A stretch of 64,000 nucleotides of DNA from an uncultured Chthonomonadaceae bacterium (GCA_963835065.1 CAWIEK010000034.1:26970-90969), one strand, 5' to 3'. Numbered from the stretch's first letter, positions 21,889 through 33,482 are shown. Notes: generated from the sequence alone by a model not told the origin. Numbers and translations: made by a program.

Positions 21889-22349
21889 CGGCTGCCTGCC
21901 AACGACAATTCGCGCCGTTTTGCTATGGGCGTTGTGCGAAGAAGCGCCAGAGGATTGCGCAGAAAACCTTGTGTCTGAGCGTAAGATTACTCTGCTATGC
22001 CATCAAGACGAAACCGTTATTGGCTGTGATTGGGACGTTGCTCTGCCGGAGCTGGGACAGGCATACAACGTAGAGGATTTAACGGAAGATGAGGAAGGGA
22101 TACGAGAAATTTTCCAGAACGTGCGCGAACTCGCAGCCTGTGATTGTTGTTTTGGGCGATCCTGCCGGCTTCGCAATAGGCACACACGCGGTAGCAATTC
22201 TGGACATCATTCCCAACGCGCAGGATACCGACGGAGAAACGGTTGTTTTTTACGATCCTGCGCGTGGTGAACTTCGAGAAATGAGAGGCATAGATTTTTG
22301 GAGCGCCTGGAGTCTCGGCGGCGAGTACGCCTTCATCATTCAGCCTTGA
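21848..22349 (+). CDS. C39-like cysteine peptidase B2; apparent frameshift near 22125
   Basis: LRQSTPSGC in ORF 21848; PVIV..THAVAIL..FYDPARG..AFIIQP in ORF 22089-22349. Confidence 0.7.
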
Positions 22350-22431
22350 TGATGGTAAATCGAATTGCCTGAGCAGTCCTCATGCGCCAACAACGCGCAG
22401 CGTCTAAAAACAGACAGGAGATAAGGCTTAT

Positions 22432-23046
22432 ATGGAGCCATTCATACGCTTAACAGGGATTGCCGCGCCATTGGATCGCGTCAATGTGGATACCGACCAG
22501 ATTATTCCCAAACAGTTTTTGAAGCGGATCGAACGCACCGGATTCGGGCAATTTTTGTTTTTCGATTGGCGCTATCGGGAAGACGGCAAAACCCTGAACC
22601 CGGATTTTGAATTGAATGTGCCCGCCCTCCAAGGCGCCAGTATTTTGATTGCCGGGAAAAACTTCGGCTGCGGCTCGTCGCGGGAACACGCGCCCTGGGC
22701 CTTGCTGGACTACGGCTTTCGCGCCGTGCTTGCGCCCTCCTATGCCGATATTTTCTACAACAACTGCTTCAAAAACGGCATCCTGCCTATCGTCCTGCGG
22801 GAAGCAACCATTAACGCTCTGCTGGCGAAAGCGAAAGCCGAGCCGGGCTGCGAATTGACTATTGATCTGGAAAAACAAACGATTACGGACGCGCAGGGGC
22901 TGGAAGAACCCTTTGAGGTAGACAGTTTCCGCCGCCACTGCCTGCTCAACGGACTGGACGACATCGGCCTGTCACTGCAACACGTAGCAGACATCGCCAC
23001 GTATGAAGCGCAGCGTCCACAGTGGAAGCGGGGCGTGGCAGTCTAG
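22432..23046 (+). CDS. leuD: 3-isopropylmalate dehydratase small subunit
   Basis: [36 protein letters not shown]. Confidence 0.97.
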   Translation: MEPFIRLTGIAAPLDRVNVDTDQIIPKQFLKRIERTGFGQFLFFDWRYREDGKTLNPDFELNVPALQGASILIAGKNFGCGSSREHAPWALLDYGFRAVLAPSYADIFYNNCFKNGILPIVLREATINALLAKAKAEPGCELTIDLEKQTITDAQGLEEPFEVDSFRRHCLLNGLDDIGLSLQHVADIATYEAQRPQWKRGVAV

Positions 23047-23388
23047 TTGATAGTTGAGGGTTGATAGTTGATAGTCACGTTTGCACTTGTTTCCTGGAGC
23101 GTCCCTACTAAATCATGCTCCAAAATGATGCTGTGTCTATCAACTATCAACTTTTTTGGAAGGCGTCCGCGCTGGTGCCTCTCAGCGCATTTATGCGTAT
23201 CGTCGGCCCTCTGCCGTCTGCACAAACACCCGCTGCCGCCACCACGCGAAGGAGCGGCCGCGTGTAAACGCCTTCCATCTGTGTTCTTCCATGCCGCCAT
23301 ACAAAACTGTACACGCAATTATGCCTGTTCTGATTTATATTTATCTTTTTACATTTTTTCGCTAGCCCTGCGGCTCTGATAAACAAAC

Positions 23389-23422
23389 ATCCCCGACAGA
23401 ACAATAAAGTTCTGTCGGGGAT
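23389..23422 (-). terminator. probable intrinsic terminator of the minus-strand cluster
   Basis: Perfect 14-bp stem ATCCCCGACAGAAC/GTTCTGTCGGGGAT followed by GTTTGTTT on the minus strand. Confidence 0.6.
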
Positions 23423-23470
23423 AAACATTACAGCAAACCAATTATTAGCCACCAATACCACCACCAATCC

Positions 23471-25441
23471 CTAAAACCTTGTTGCTGTCAGGTCGAAGGA
23501 GATACGGTGATTGAACGTGGAGTAGGTGAGCTGCAGTTCTCGCGCGCCGATGCGTCGTCCGAGGGTAAATTCCAGATCGCTGTAGCTTTGTCCCTCGAAG
23601 CGCTGAAGCGTGGCCGAGGTCAGGATGCGCCAATTGCTGTTCAGGCGATACGCGGCATCGGCCAGAACGCTGGTGTCGGCGGTATCCAAAAACGTGCTTC
23701 CGAAAACCGACATCTGAAATTTCTTGGTATTGGCGACGTTGTAGTTCAGGCTCACGCGGTGCTTGCCGCCCGTGTCCAGCGTACTCTGCGGGCGCGTCAG
23801 GTAATCATACGTCAGGTTCATGGAGCCGCCGCCCGCGAACGTGTGATCCAGCGACATGGTTGCCAGTCCAAGCAAGCCTGTGTTGGTCGGTCCGTTCCAT
23901 AAGTGCCCGAACGTCACGCTGTTGGTCAAGGTCGTGCGCGTGTTGATTTGCAGGGGGCGGGTGAACGCGCGCATCGTCACTTGCTCGGACGTATCGCTGA
24001 TCCCCGGCTCCGTGGTAAGATGGCTGCTCAGGCGGCTGGTGTTGAAACTGCCGCCGAACACGTACTGCACGTCTTTGGAGCCGAACAAGCGGTGCGGCAG
24101 AGTTTCCGCATAAGCATCGTTGTGGAAGGTGTTTTCGCCGTCGCTGGTAAAAGATTGGCCTTCCGTTAAATTCATGCCGAAGCGCATGGTTTGGGTTTGT
24201 TTGGACAGGCTCGTGTTGGCGTATACGCTATCGTGGTGCGGGAAATCCACGTACATCGCGCCTTGCAGATTGTTGTGGAAATCCTGGTTATGCGTCCACC
24301 GAAAGCCCCAATCGCTGCTCAACAAGCCCGTAAATCCATACGCCCCTTCCACGCGCTTGTCCCCCTCCGAGGAGTAGCCCTGAATCACGTCCACCGCCCA
24401 GCCGGGGTTGGTGGCAAAGTAGCTGCGTCCCACCTGCTGCCCGTGCCGCAGATACACAATGCCTGAACCGCGTGGAGAGAGATTGTAGTAGAACGGCAAT
24501 TCCAGTCCGAAACCGTTCGTGCCCACGCTGACGAAGTGATCCGAAAAGAGTTCCTCGGAGTTTATGCCAAGTTCATAGTAAGGCAGCGTGAGGATTTTGG
24601 CCTGATCCTGAAAGAAGTTTGGGGCGCGGAATTGCAGCCGGTCGCCGGGGAAGTAGGTGATGCTGCGCGCGGTAATAATCAATTTGACAGACAATTCGGC
24701 GTACTGGTAGCGCGATGAGGGCGTAGGAGTCGTATCGGCTTTGGTCAGCAGATGCGTACCCGTTACAACGATAGGCTGCGTTTTGCCGTCCAGTTCGCCT
24801 ATCGCCTGGCCTTCCTCGCTGGACAGGCTGTAGTGGAGTTTGGTCGCGTGAACGACATCCTTGCCGCGCTTCAGCGTGACGTTGCCGCTGGCGCGAATGT
24901 TGGCGGCATCGTTGCACTCCAACTGGATGCGGTCTGCGGTCAGGTCATAGTTGCGAAACGCCAGATGCGCTCCGCCGTCCTTGCCTTCCGCCTCAATGAT
25001 TTTGTCGTTGGCGCTATATGCCAGATACCCCTTCCCGGTAATTAAAATATAATTGTTGCCTTCAAACGTGGCTTCGGGATCATCGGTAAACTCGATGTGG
25101 ATGGTGTTGCTGGCGGCGGTTCCATTCACGAACGCGGTCACATCGGCGACGCCGGCAATCGGCGCGCTTGTCAGCGTGGTATGGGCGCTGCCGCCGAACA
25201 CGCGGACGCGGCTTTCGCGCAGCGTTCCCTTTGTGGTGGTAAACGTCACTTCGGCATTGCTGCCCAATCCGCCCTGCACCGTGACGAATAGTTCCGCCTG
25301 CTGCTTGCCATCGGCCAGCAGGGTGCTTTTGTTGGAATGAAGCGAAATCGTTGCTGCCGCGCAGGCTCGGATTGCAGAAAGGGAAACAAGCAAGGTTGTG
25401 AGCAGCAGCCAACACAGTGTCAGCACAAGTGGTTTGCGCAT
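23471..25441 (-). CDS. outer-membrane protein: Ig/invasin-like N-terminus, OstA-like jellyroll and beta-barrel (LptD-like architecture)
   Basis: Signal peptide; LLADGKQ..L.VTV..VTFTTTKG; LTADRI..RASGNV.L; LTLPYY; amphipathic strands; C-terminal Phe. Confidence 0.65.
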   Translation of the reverse strand: MRKPLVLTLCWLLLTTLLVSLSAIRACAAATISLHSNKSTLLADGKQQAELFVTVQGGLGSNAEVTFTTTKGTLRESRVRVFGGSAHTTLTSAPIAGVADVTAFVNGTAASNTIHIEFTDDPEATFEGNNYILITGKGYLAYSANDKIIEAEGKDGGAHLAFRNYDLTADRIQLECNDAANIRASGNVTLKRGKDVVHATKLHYSLSSEEGQAIGELDGKTQPIVVTGTHLLTKADTTPTPSSRYQYAELSVKLIITARSITYFPGDRLQFRAPNFFQDQAKILTLPYYELGINSEELFSDHFVSVGTNGFGLELPFYYNLSPRGSGIVYLRHGQQVGRSYFATNPGWAVDVIQGYSSEGDKRVEGAYGFTGLLSSDWGFRWTHNQDFHNNLQGAMYVDFPHHDSVYANTSLSKQTQTMRFGMNLTEGQSFTSDGENTFHNDAYAETLPHRLFGSKDVQYVFGGSFNTSRLSSHLTTEPGISDTSEQVTMRAFTRPLQINTRTTLTNSVTFGHLWNGPTNTGLLGLATMSLDHTFAGGGSMNLTYDYLTRPQSTLDTGGKHRVSLNYNVANTKKFQMSVFGSTFLDTADTSVLADAAYRLNSNWRILTSATLQRFEGQSYSDLEFTLGRRIGARELQLTYSTFNHRISFDLTATRF

Positions 25442-25568
25442 GGCGAGGCGGGTCTCCGAAGGGGGGTTGAAAGGAAAACTGTGAAATCGCTGGAGGAAAC
25501 AAAGCGCAGGCGAGGCGCCTTTGTTTTCCTCCAGATAAGGCGGCATTTCACTACCGGCCAACTTTAGT

Positions 25569-25699
25569 CAGTGGTTGAAAACCACTGTCTGAATAGCCTG
25601 CGGCTGAACGTCCTACGGACGTAAATGCCTGTTTAACAAGGTATCGCGTCCGTAGGACGCTCGGCGCAACGCCATTCAGACGGGTATTTTCAATGCCCG
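25569..25699. repeat. palindromic non-autonomous element with two terminal TTGAAAA-loop hairpins
   Basis: CAGTGGTTGAAAACCACTG and CGGGTATTTTCAATGCCCG at the ends; inner CGTCCTACGGACG/CGTCCGTAGGACG. Confidence 0.7.
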
Positions 25700-25729
25700 G
25701 CCAAAGGTGTCCGGTAGTAAAGGCGGCAT

Positions 25730-26640
25730 TTACTTGACGGTGGGAGCTGCCGCGCCTGCCGCCCCGCCTGCGCCGGCAGGAGCCGTTCCCGCAGCGGCAG
25801 CGCTCTTCGGAGTCATCGCTGATTTTAGTACGGATGTCATCAGCTTTTCCGTGAGAGTGCGCGCGGCTTCCGTCGCCGCTGTGGTATCGGTTGCGTTTTT
25901 CGCCGACTTCGGCGCCGTTTTCACCGTATCGGCGGCGGTGGAACTAACCGGAGTCGGCCCGGAATAATCAATCATCTGAACGCTGAGTACCATCGTAACG
26001 TTTTGTTCGTCGGCGTTGTACTCGTATGAGATCAGAGTGCTTATCAGGGCGGCGTCGTAGCCTGCCGCCGCCGTCAGCTTTTGCGCCTTATAGGTAACGG
26101 CGAACGGCGGGGCAACATCGGCGGGCGTCAGAGATTGCTCGGTCACGGAGCGGCGAATAGACGGCAGGGACGGCAGGAACGAAACCGGTCCAAATGTGCC
26201 TGTCGCCGACAAACGGCTCTTTTCCACATCCGTAATCACGTCCGACAATTGCAGCGCGGCGGCTCCCGTCGCGTCTACGGGGAACACCAGCACTGTACGC
26301 TTCGCCTCATACCCGTTTTTGCTGCCTTTTTTGCCGCTCTTTGCCGCCATTTTCGAGTTGCTTTTGGCACGTACTCTTGGATGGCTTTTTTGTTTTTGGT
26401 GGACTTCGGGTTTGTCTTCATGCCGGGGGGAGCGCCGTCTTTCTTAATGACGGTGTCAGGACGGTCGCCGGTTCGGGGCGTAGTGTCGCTGCTATCCTGC
26501 TGCGCGCGAACCGGGCCGGCAAGCGAACACAACAGCATTGCGCCCAGCATTGCGCCGCCCCACCGCGCAAATCGCTTGCGTTCTGACCGCGCGTTTACAG
26601 CCCGTCCTGTCGCTATGTCCAAAGAGTCTTGCTTGTTCAT
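25730..26640 (-). CDS. secreted protein with CsgG/TolB-N-like domain; apparent frameshift near 26360-26390
   Basis: Signal peptide (..GPVRA-QQ) in ORF 26275-26646 joins ORF 25730-26350 (RTVLVFPVD..AGYDAALI..VQMID) near an A-run. Confidence 0.6.
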
Positions 26641-26817
26641 GAACATGGGGGTCTACTCCATTGCCACAATCGAAATTGCCATAACCGAAAGCGTGAACGG
26701 GACTGCCATCCGGCAGCAGTCCCGTTCACAAAGGGAATACAGGAACCAAGCGACGGAGCGCTGATAGTTCGTAGCGCCTGCGTTGCTATCAACTACGAAC
26801 TATCAACTATCAACTGC

Positions 26818-29800
26818 CTAGCGGGTGATCACGAGGGGCTGGACTTTGCGTACGCGCTGTCCATCTTCGGTCTGCACTTGCAGTTCCACGTTGTACTGTC
26901 CGGCGGCAACCGCCGTGCCCTGCTGGTTTTTCAGATCCCACAGCGCGCTGCCGGTGGAAAGCCCGCCTTCCGCATCGCGGGTGCTGAGGTTGGTCAGCTT
27001 GCGCACCACTTGCCCGCGTCCGTTCAGGACGTTGATGGTCATCTGCGCCGCCGAGCGCGTCAGCGTGAAGTGGATGTTGGCGCTGCGCGTATCGCGGCCC
27101 GTCGTTCCGGCTGCGGTCAGCACATCCAGGGATGTGATCTGAACGCCGCTGTTGCGGCTGATGGGTTCGGCGATAACCTGAACCGTCTGCGTTCCGTCCT
27201 GTCCCACGCTCACGATGTGCGAGGCCGCGCTGCGCATATTCACCCGCTCGTTCGTCACCGGGTTCACCATCGTCAGACGATAGTTGCGCGGCACGTCGCG
27301 GGAGATGCTGTTCCAGCTAAGGGTCACGCTGTCGTTGGGCTTGCTGGAACGAACGGTCATGTCCCACGTTTTCACGCCCGCCGCCGGGGAGCGCAGGTCA
27401 TGCGCCAGTCGTGTACCTTCCGGCCACTCCTTGTGCGTGATTTCCAGCGTCAGCGTCTTGTTCATTTCCGGCGCTTTGCTGTACTTGTAGCCGTCCATGC
27501 CATCCGTGGCTTTGGGCGCGACACCGATGAAGTTATCGGGATCGTAGCCCGCCAAGCTCTTGGCGCTGATTTTCAAACGCCAGTTGTCCGAAGTGCCCCG
27601 GCCCAGTTTTTCCACGCTGGTCGAGCGCAGCTTGTTCTTAAAGCCCACGCCCAGAAGCGCGGCGCGGCCAACGGAAACGCCCGGAATGTCCACGCCCGGA
27701 TACAGGAATTGCAGGTTCGCCTTCTTCACGTATATCCAGTAACCCACATACGGCTGCATGGTGAAGCCGATGCTGTCCAGCAGCGTGTAGTGCCAGTTGG
27801 TCGGATCGGGATCGCTGGTATCGAACACGTACACGGCGGGCAGCACCAATTGGTTGGTGGGAACCGACGCATCGGCGACGCTCGAAACCGACAGGGTATC
27901 AGGATCGAAGATTTGTATTTCCGAAAAGTTGATCGGATACACATACGGGTCGCCGACCTGATTCCAGCCCCGGTTGTACACCATTTTATAAGCGTTTGAT
28001 GTGGGCTGAACCTGGTTGTTCAAGGGCGGATACGCGGTCGGGTCCAGCAGAATATGCGAGTCCTGCGTGATGCGGCTGCGTATCCAGTAGGCCATGCCCG
28101 GCACGAACGTGGAAACCGTCTGGTACTTGCCCGTCGTGGCATCGAACTGCGCCAGGTCGGGAGCCACGATGTTGGGGTCCTGGCCGGGGAACAAGGCAGC
28201 CGAAGGAGCCGTGCCGTGAAAGTCCAGCGGGAACGAGATCATCTGGTACAGGCCTTTGGTGTTGGCGTTGCCTTTCAGATCAATGGCGGGCGCGCTCGGC
28301 ACGATAATATCGCGCTGAACCACTTTGCCGCTTCCTACGTTTGCCGCCGCCGTCACCGTGAAGCGCAGCGTACCCGTTGCCGCGCCGTTGGACTGCACCA
28401 TCCAGCTGACGCCGCCTTCCTGGCCGGGCGCGATGCTGCCGATGGTCTTGGTGGCCGTTTCGCCCGTCGCCAATTGCAGGCCGGTGGGCAGGTCAAGGCT
28501 CAGGCTGACCGGGCTGATGCTGATGCCCGAACCCGGCTGCAAGTCCAGCAGGTTTGTCACGAACGCAGAGATCGTGAAGGTACTCGTCGGCGTACTTGCG
28601 CTGAACGGCAGGGCTGTAGGCGCGACAACGGCCAGGTTGATCGGCTGTCCCGCGTCAATGCTGCTGTCGCCCTGCCCGATATAGGTTGTAATCGGAATGT
28701 TCTGGCCGGGCGCGACGGACTGCTCATCATAGAAGGTGACAATCGCCGCATCCTGCGATCCCGGCGTGTCGAAACGGATTTTCGGGTCGGGAACAAAACC
28801 CCAGATACTATCGAAGTAACGTCCACTCGGTCCGGGAATGGATGTCGTGGTTCCCGTCGCGCCGGTCAGCGAAGAGGGCGGCGGATCGCTGCCTTCGAGC
28901 AGGCGTCCGCGTCCCAGCGCAAAGCGGGAGGGAACCGTCGGCTCATTGCCGGACGTGGATGTGGGCCGCAGGAAGCCTTCAATGCTGTGGATGGAAGCCG
29001 CGCTGTTGGTGCCCACCGCGGCCGTGCCCCGGCGCTGCACCTGCCAGGTTGTCGGCACATCGTTACCGCCGAGAACCACTTCGGTGCGCAGGTAAGGCCG
29101 GTTCGGAATGATGATCGGCGCGCTCAACGAGAGATCAACCGGGTCAAAGGCGAAGTCCTGCAAAAACGCCAGTCCTACCGTGTGGCTGCGGCCAATATCG
29201 TTATTAAGGATGTTGAACTGAAAGCGAATCTGGTCATGCACGAAGGAGGCCACAAGATCAATCTCGATTTTGGGATCAATCGTGGTGACAACCGTGCCGC
29301 CACCGCCGGTTCCACCGCCGCCTCCCGTACCGCCACCACCGGTTCCACCGCCTCCCGTGCCTGCCAGGGGCGCGTGGGGAAAGGTCTGCCAGCGCGCTAC
29401 CAGATGGCTGTTGACCAGGTAGGGCACGGTCAGCCAGGTGCCGCCCCTGGTGGTATCCGGCTGCCCGAACTCGTAATCGAACCCATCGTGGCCGCCGTTG
29501 ATACCGCCGTCCACGCGCACGAACACGCGCGTGCCATACAAGCGGATGCCTGTGGGCGGAATCAGCTTGCCGTAGTAAAAGAGGGTACTATTCGGGTCTG
29601 TCGAGTTGCCACTCGTGGTAAAGATGCCGATGGAGCCGCCGCAGTTCTTGCCCCGGCCCATAGATAAGAACAGATCGCCGTTCCCGATGGTGATAAACTC
29701 GTTATCGCCGATGACGTTGGCCGGCGTATTGGCAGGATGGTTCCAGATGCCCTCGCCCTGCGGCGGGAATACCTCTTGCGCGCCTGCTTTGGTCATCGCC

Positions 29801-29871
29801 AGGCCCATGAGCGCCATAACGCTCATTACAAACCCGGCTAGACGCTTGCTCTGTATGTGTTTCCACCCCAT
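26818..29871 (-). CDS. large secreted protein with shared C-terminal module ending in a FlgD-Ig-like tail
   Basis: Signal peptide; GWNQVGDPY, ATDGMD, WDLKNQQG..AGQY, ends PLVITR. Confidence 0.85.
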   Translation of the reverse strand: MGWKHIQSKRLAGFVMSVMALMGLAMTKAGAQEVFPPQGEGIWNHPANTPANVIGDNEFITIGNGDLFLSMGRGKNCGGSIGIFTTSGNSTDPNSTLFYYGKLIPPTGIRLYGTRVFVRVDGGINGGHDGFDYEFGQPDTTRGGTWLTVPYLVNSHLVARWQTFPHAPLAGTGGGGTGGGGTGGGGGTGGGGTVVTTIDPKIEIDLVASFVHDQIRFQFNILNNDIGRSHTVGLAFLQDFAFDPVDLSLSAPIIIPNRPYLRTEVVLGGNDVPTTWQVQRRGTAAVGTNSAASIHSIEGFLRPTSTSGNEPTVPSRFALGRGRLLEGSDPPPSSLTGATGTTTSIPGPSGRYFDSIWGFVPDPKIRFDTPGSQDAAIVTFYDEQSVAPGQNIPITTYIGQGDSSIDAGQPINLAVVAPTALPFSASTPTSTFTISAFVTNLLDLQPGSGISISPVSLSLDLPTGLQLATGETATKTIGSIAPGQEGGVSWMVQSNGAATGTLRFTVTAAANVGSGKVVQRDIIVPSAPAIDLKGNANTKGLYQMISFPLDFHGTAPSAALFPGQDPNIVAPDLAQFDATTGKYQTVSTFVPGMAYWIRSRITQDSHILLDPTAYPPLNNQVQPTSNAYKMVYNRGWNQVGDPYVYPINFSEIQIFDPDTLSVSSVADASVPTNQLVLPAVYVFDTSDPDPTNWHYTLLDSIGFTMQPYVGYWIYVKKANLQFLYPGVDIPGVSVGRAALLGVGFKNKLRSTSVEKLGRGTSDNWRLKISAKSLAGYDPDNFIGVAPKATDGMDGYKYSKAPEMNKTLTLEITHKEWPEGTRLAHDLRSPAAGVKTWDMTVRSSKPNDSVTLSWNSISRDVPRNYRLTMVNPVTNERVNMRSAASHIVSVGQDGTQTVQVIAEPISRNSGVQITSLDVLTAAGTTGRDTRSANIHFTLTRSAAQMTINVLNGRGQVVRKLTNLSTRDAEGGLSTGSALWDLKNQQGTAVAAGQYNVELQVQTEDGQRVRKVQPLVITR

Positions 29872-30148
29872 TGGAAGTCCTCCCTGGAGACGTATATTCT
29901 CTCAGCATAGCTGGGGGAACCACCATGCTTTCAAGGTTGATTGATAGGGGCCAGCCTGTCGCCGTCCCTCGTGACGTTCCCGTCACGGCGCGATTACAGC
30001 CGCGCAGGCTGTTCCGAATTGTTCCGGTCTTCCCCGGCAGGGCCGGCATGGGGTATGCCGGCCCTGCCCTCATTTTCAAGCAAAGGCGCGTGGCGGCTTG
30101 CGGTTCTTTTTACCAACCATCGGCCGCCAATCACCAATCACCAACCCC

Positions 30149-33100
30149 CTAGCGCCCCGTTACCGTCAGCGGATAATGGTACTGCGTTACCCGGCCTTCG
30201 GACGAAGTGGCGCGGAACCGGACGATGTAGGTTCCGGCAGGCAGGGCGTGGTTCTGGCTGTCGCGTCCATTCCAGACTCACATGGTTGTCGCCGCTCGTA
30301 GCCGCGCGTCCCGAATCCAACTGCGTCAGCAGGCGTCCGCCCGTGCCCAGGATAGATACGTCCACCTGCGCGTCATGCGAGACATTGTAGTCTATCTGGT
30401 ACGTGGACTGCCCTGTCGCTTTCGACGTGCCGCGCTGCGCGACAAACACGTTGTTGAAGACCACCGCGTCGCCGCTGTTACCCGGCTGCGCGGTAATGGT
30501 GAACTCGCGCGCCTGCGCTTTCGGTCCCGAATTGAACTGGAAAGCGGCGCGGCTGCGAATATCCACCACCTGTCCCGTTGTGTTGTCCTTCAGCGTGAAC
30601 TGGTAGTTACGCGGCAGGGAGTGGGCGTCGGGCCAGGACATGGTGACATCGGCATTGGGCTGATCCGTGCTGACGACCACATCCCAGGTTTTGGTTCCAC
30701 CCAGGGAGCGCAAGTCCTGCGCGTACAGGCCGTTTTTGGCGGAGCGCTGCAGGCCAAGCGAAACGTTGGAGCCGAACCGGGGCGGCTTGGGCGCTTTGGT
30801 CAGATCATCGCCATCGGTGGCCGTGGACGACATGCCGATGTAGTTGTGCGCGTCTACCATGTCTTTGGAGCGCGCCACCAGCCGCAAGGCCCAGCTTCCC
30901 GCGCCGCGCACGATGGGTTTGTTGGCGGCAATGGATGTCGCCCGCGTTTCCACGTTCTTCACGCCGAGCGTCTTTGCGCCCCGCGTGGTTCCGGCCTGTG
31001 TGGGCGTCATTACCAGCGTCAGCGCGTTGGGAGCGGGATTCACGCTTGTCGGGTCTTTGGGAATCACGTAAATCCAGTTGCCTTCCCAGGGATACAGCGT
31101 GCCGTTGGGAAGCGCCTGGAACTCGTAATCGTTGCCGATAAAGCGATAAATGAACGGCAGGATGAGCTTGCTTGTAGCGGCATCCGAGGCCGCGTACAGG
31201 GTTCCGTTCTGCGCCTGGATGGTCAGGTTTGCAAACGCAATCGGGAACGGGTACGCATCGCCGATCATATTCCAGCCTTCATGCAAAGGTACGCGGATCG
31301 TCTGCTGCGAGAACGTGCGTCCGTAGCTTTGAAAGGCGGAACCGGCAGTCAGATTGATGAAATATCCCAATCCCGCAGGCGTGGCATCCGTAACCGTGCT
31401 GGCAGGGTCGTTGGGATTGTCGCGCGGATCAATGGTCGGAATAGGTGTCGTCGAGACATCAGTCGGATGCAGGGAGGCCAGGGTGTTCAGCTTATCGCCC
31501 GCCCCGGAACCATTGATGGCGTACTGCCCCTGAACCGTTTGCGCGCCGCTGGAATTAACGACTGCCGAATTGATCCACCGGTACAGGATGGCGCTGTTGG
31601 TTCCCAGAATCGCTTTGATGTCGCGCTTGGGATTGGCGGGGTCCGGCGAGTCGCCGGGCGTTTCCACAACCGGGAAGGACACCATCGAAATGCCTGCCGG
31701 GAAGATATGCGGCCCCACGTTGTACACCAGGGATGCCTGGGCTGGAGCCAGGGTCGGGTCCTTAGGCGTCGAGGAGATGGATATTTGCTGCTGCTGCGAC
31801 GTGAGGGAGGGAGCCGCCGTGTACCGGAACGAGATGTTGAACTTGGAAAAATTGGGATCTGGCGACACGTCCTGAACGTAGAGGTTTGTCACCAGCTTCG
31901 TCGCGCCGGGATCTACCGCGCCGTTGGTTATCAAGGGCTGGGAGCCGGTGGGCGTTGTCAGCGTGACATTGATCAGGGGAGCGCCGGACGCGCTGCGCGC
32001 CGCATTGGTGGCCTGGAACCGGATCAAGGGGCGGAAGGTTTCTACGGGCAGGGGAGCGGCCTGCGAAGGCGCGGTGGACGAGTTTGTCGCCGGGTCAACC
32101 CCCTGGGGATCGGTAATCGTGACGACGTTGGAAACGCTCACCAGGGACGCATACGCATCCAGCAAGCCCACCCCGAACTTCTGATCGGGAACAGACGCCT
32201 GCCCGGTAATGGAATGGTTCGCATAGTTAATCAGCGCGTTCAGTCCGCGCGTATAGTCCACGCCGGGTACGCTGCGCAGCAATCCCGCAACTCCCACGAC
32301 GTGCGGCGCTGCAAACGACGTCCCCTGTATAAAGGAGTACTTATTCCCCAGGTCCAGACACAGGATACCATTGGGGTCGTTGTCGCTGCGTTGTTCGCCA
32401 CCGGGAGCGGCGATCAGGACATTAGGCGCGACAACGCCGTAACTGGAATAGTAGGCCAGCTTCGTTGGGTCGGGTCCAGTGGCGGAAACGGCAAGCACAT
32501 TCGGGAAGTTTGCCGGGAGGACGGTAGTATCCGTTGAGTCGTTGGCCCTGGAAGCAATCAGGATGACACCGGCATCGGATAGCTTTTTCAAAGCTACGTA
32601 CTGCGGGTCATTTAGATCAACGGCTGAATGATCTCCAAGATCCGCGCCATAACTCATGTTGAGGGCCACGACGTTGTATTTGGTCACATTCTTGGCGATG
32701 TCTGCGTAGGCGGCAAAGATCGCGGCAGAGTCCAGATTATTCGTGTTTTTTTTCTGAACCTTGTAGGCCAGACAGGGCATATAATTCCAGATGACTCCGG
32801 CGATTCCTTTGGAATTGTTGGTATGCGCCATGATGACGCCGCTTGTGGAAATGCCGTGCGACTCTTCCATTCCCGTTCCCGCGCTGATGTCGGCAGTTCC
32901 ATCGGCGAAGTTGTAGCTGCCTGGCGAGAAATTGGGCGCGTCTTCATGCGTGGGTTCGAAGCCACTATCTATATCCGCTACGGTGACACTGAGCGAGCCT
33001 TTTTGCAGTGTCCAGGCCTGGGGCATGTTAATCAATTTAAGCCCGTACTGTTCACCGGTTTTGTAGCGCGGGTCGTTCGGCTCGGTGGTATTGCTCGTCG

Positions 33101-33482
33101 CCTGATGAACGACGTACTGAGGGCTGGCCTCGACGAACCGGACAGTCGTTTCCAATTTTAGTTGTGCCACAGCCGCCGCGACGCTGGGCTGGTCTAAATG
33201 GTTGTTGTCCAGCGTGACCATGTACAGGTTTTCCAGCGCCAGAGGGACAACACTGGCCGCCTGCACGGAATTCGCCAGCCGCGTGGCTTCGGCGGCGGGA
33301 GTTCCGGGCTTGAGGAACAGCAGAATTCTCCCCGGCTCATAGCGGGGGCCGCCAGGCTGGATGGCGCGATGTGGGCCGCGCAAGGGTTTTTTGGCCTGTC
33401 CTGACGCGAGGTTTGCGGCTGCGGCAAGCGCGCCGGTGACAAGCAGCGTCTGACTCAGGACGGATCTGCGAAAATGAAGCAT
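30149..33482 (-). CDS. S8 (subtilisin-like) serine peptidase with the shared C-terminal module; one extra base near 30279
   Basis: Triad DIDSG / SHG / GTSFAAPHV; corrected tail DNHVVWNGRDSQNHALPAGTY..YPLTVTGR, stop at 30149. Confidence 0.88.

Noticed and set aside
18732..22430. Prophage or integron at pyrH
   Set aside because: No integrase or phage genes and no recognisable attC; only short direct repeats are supported
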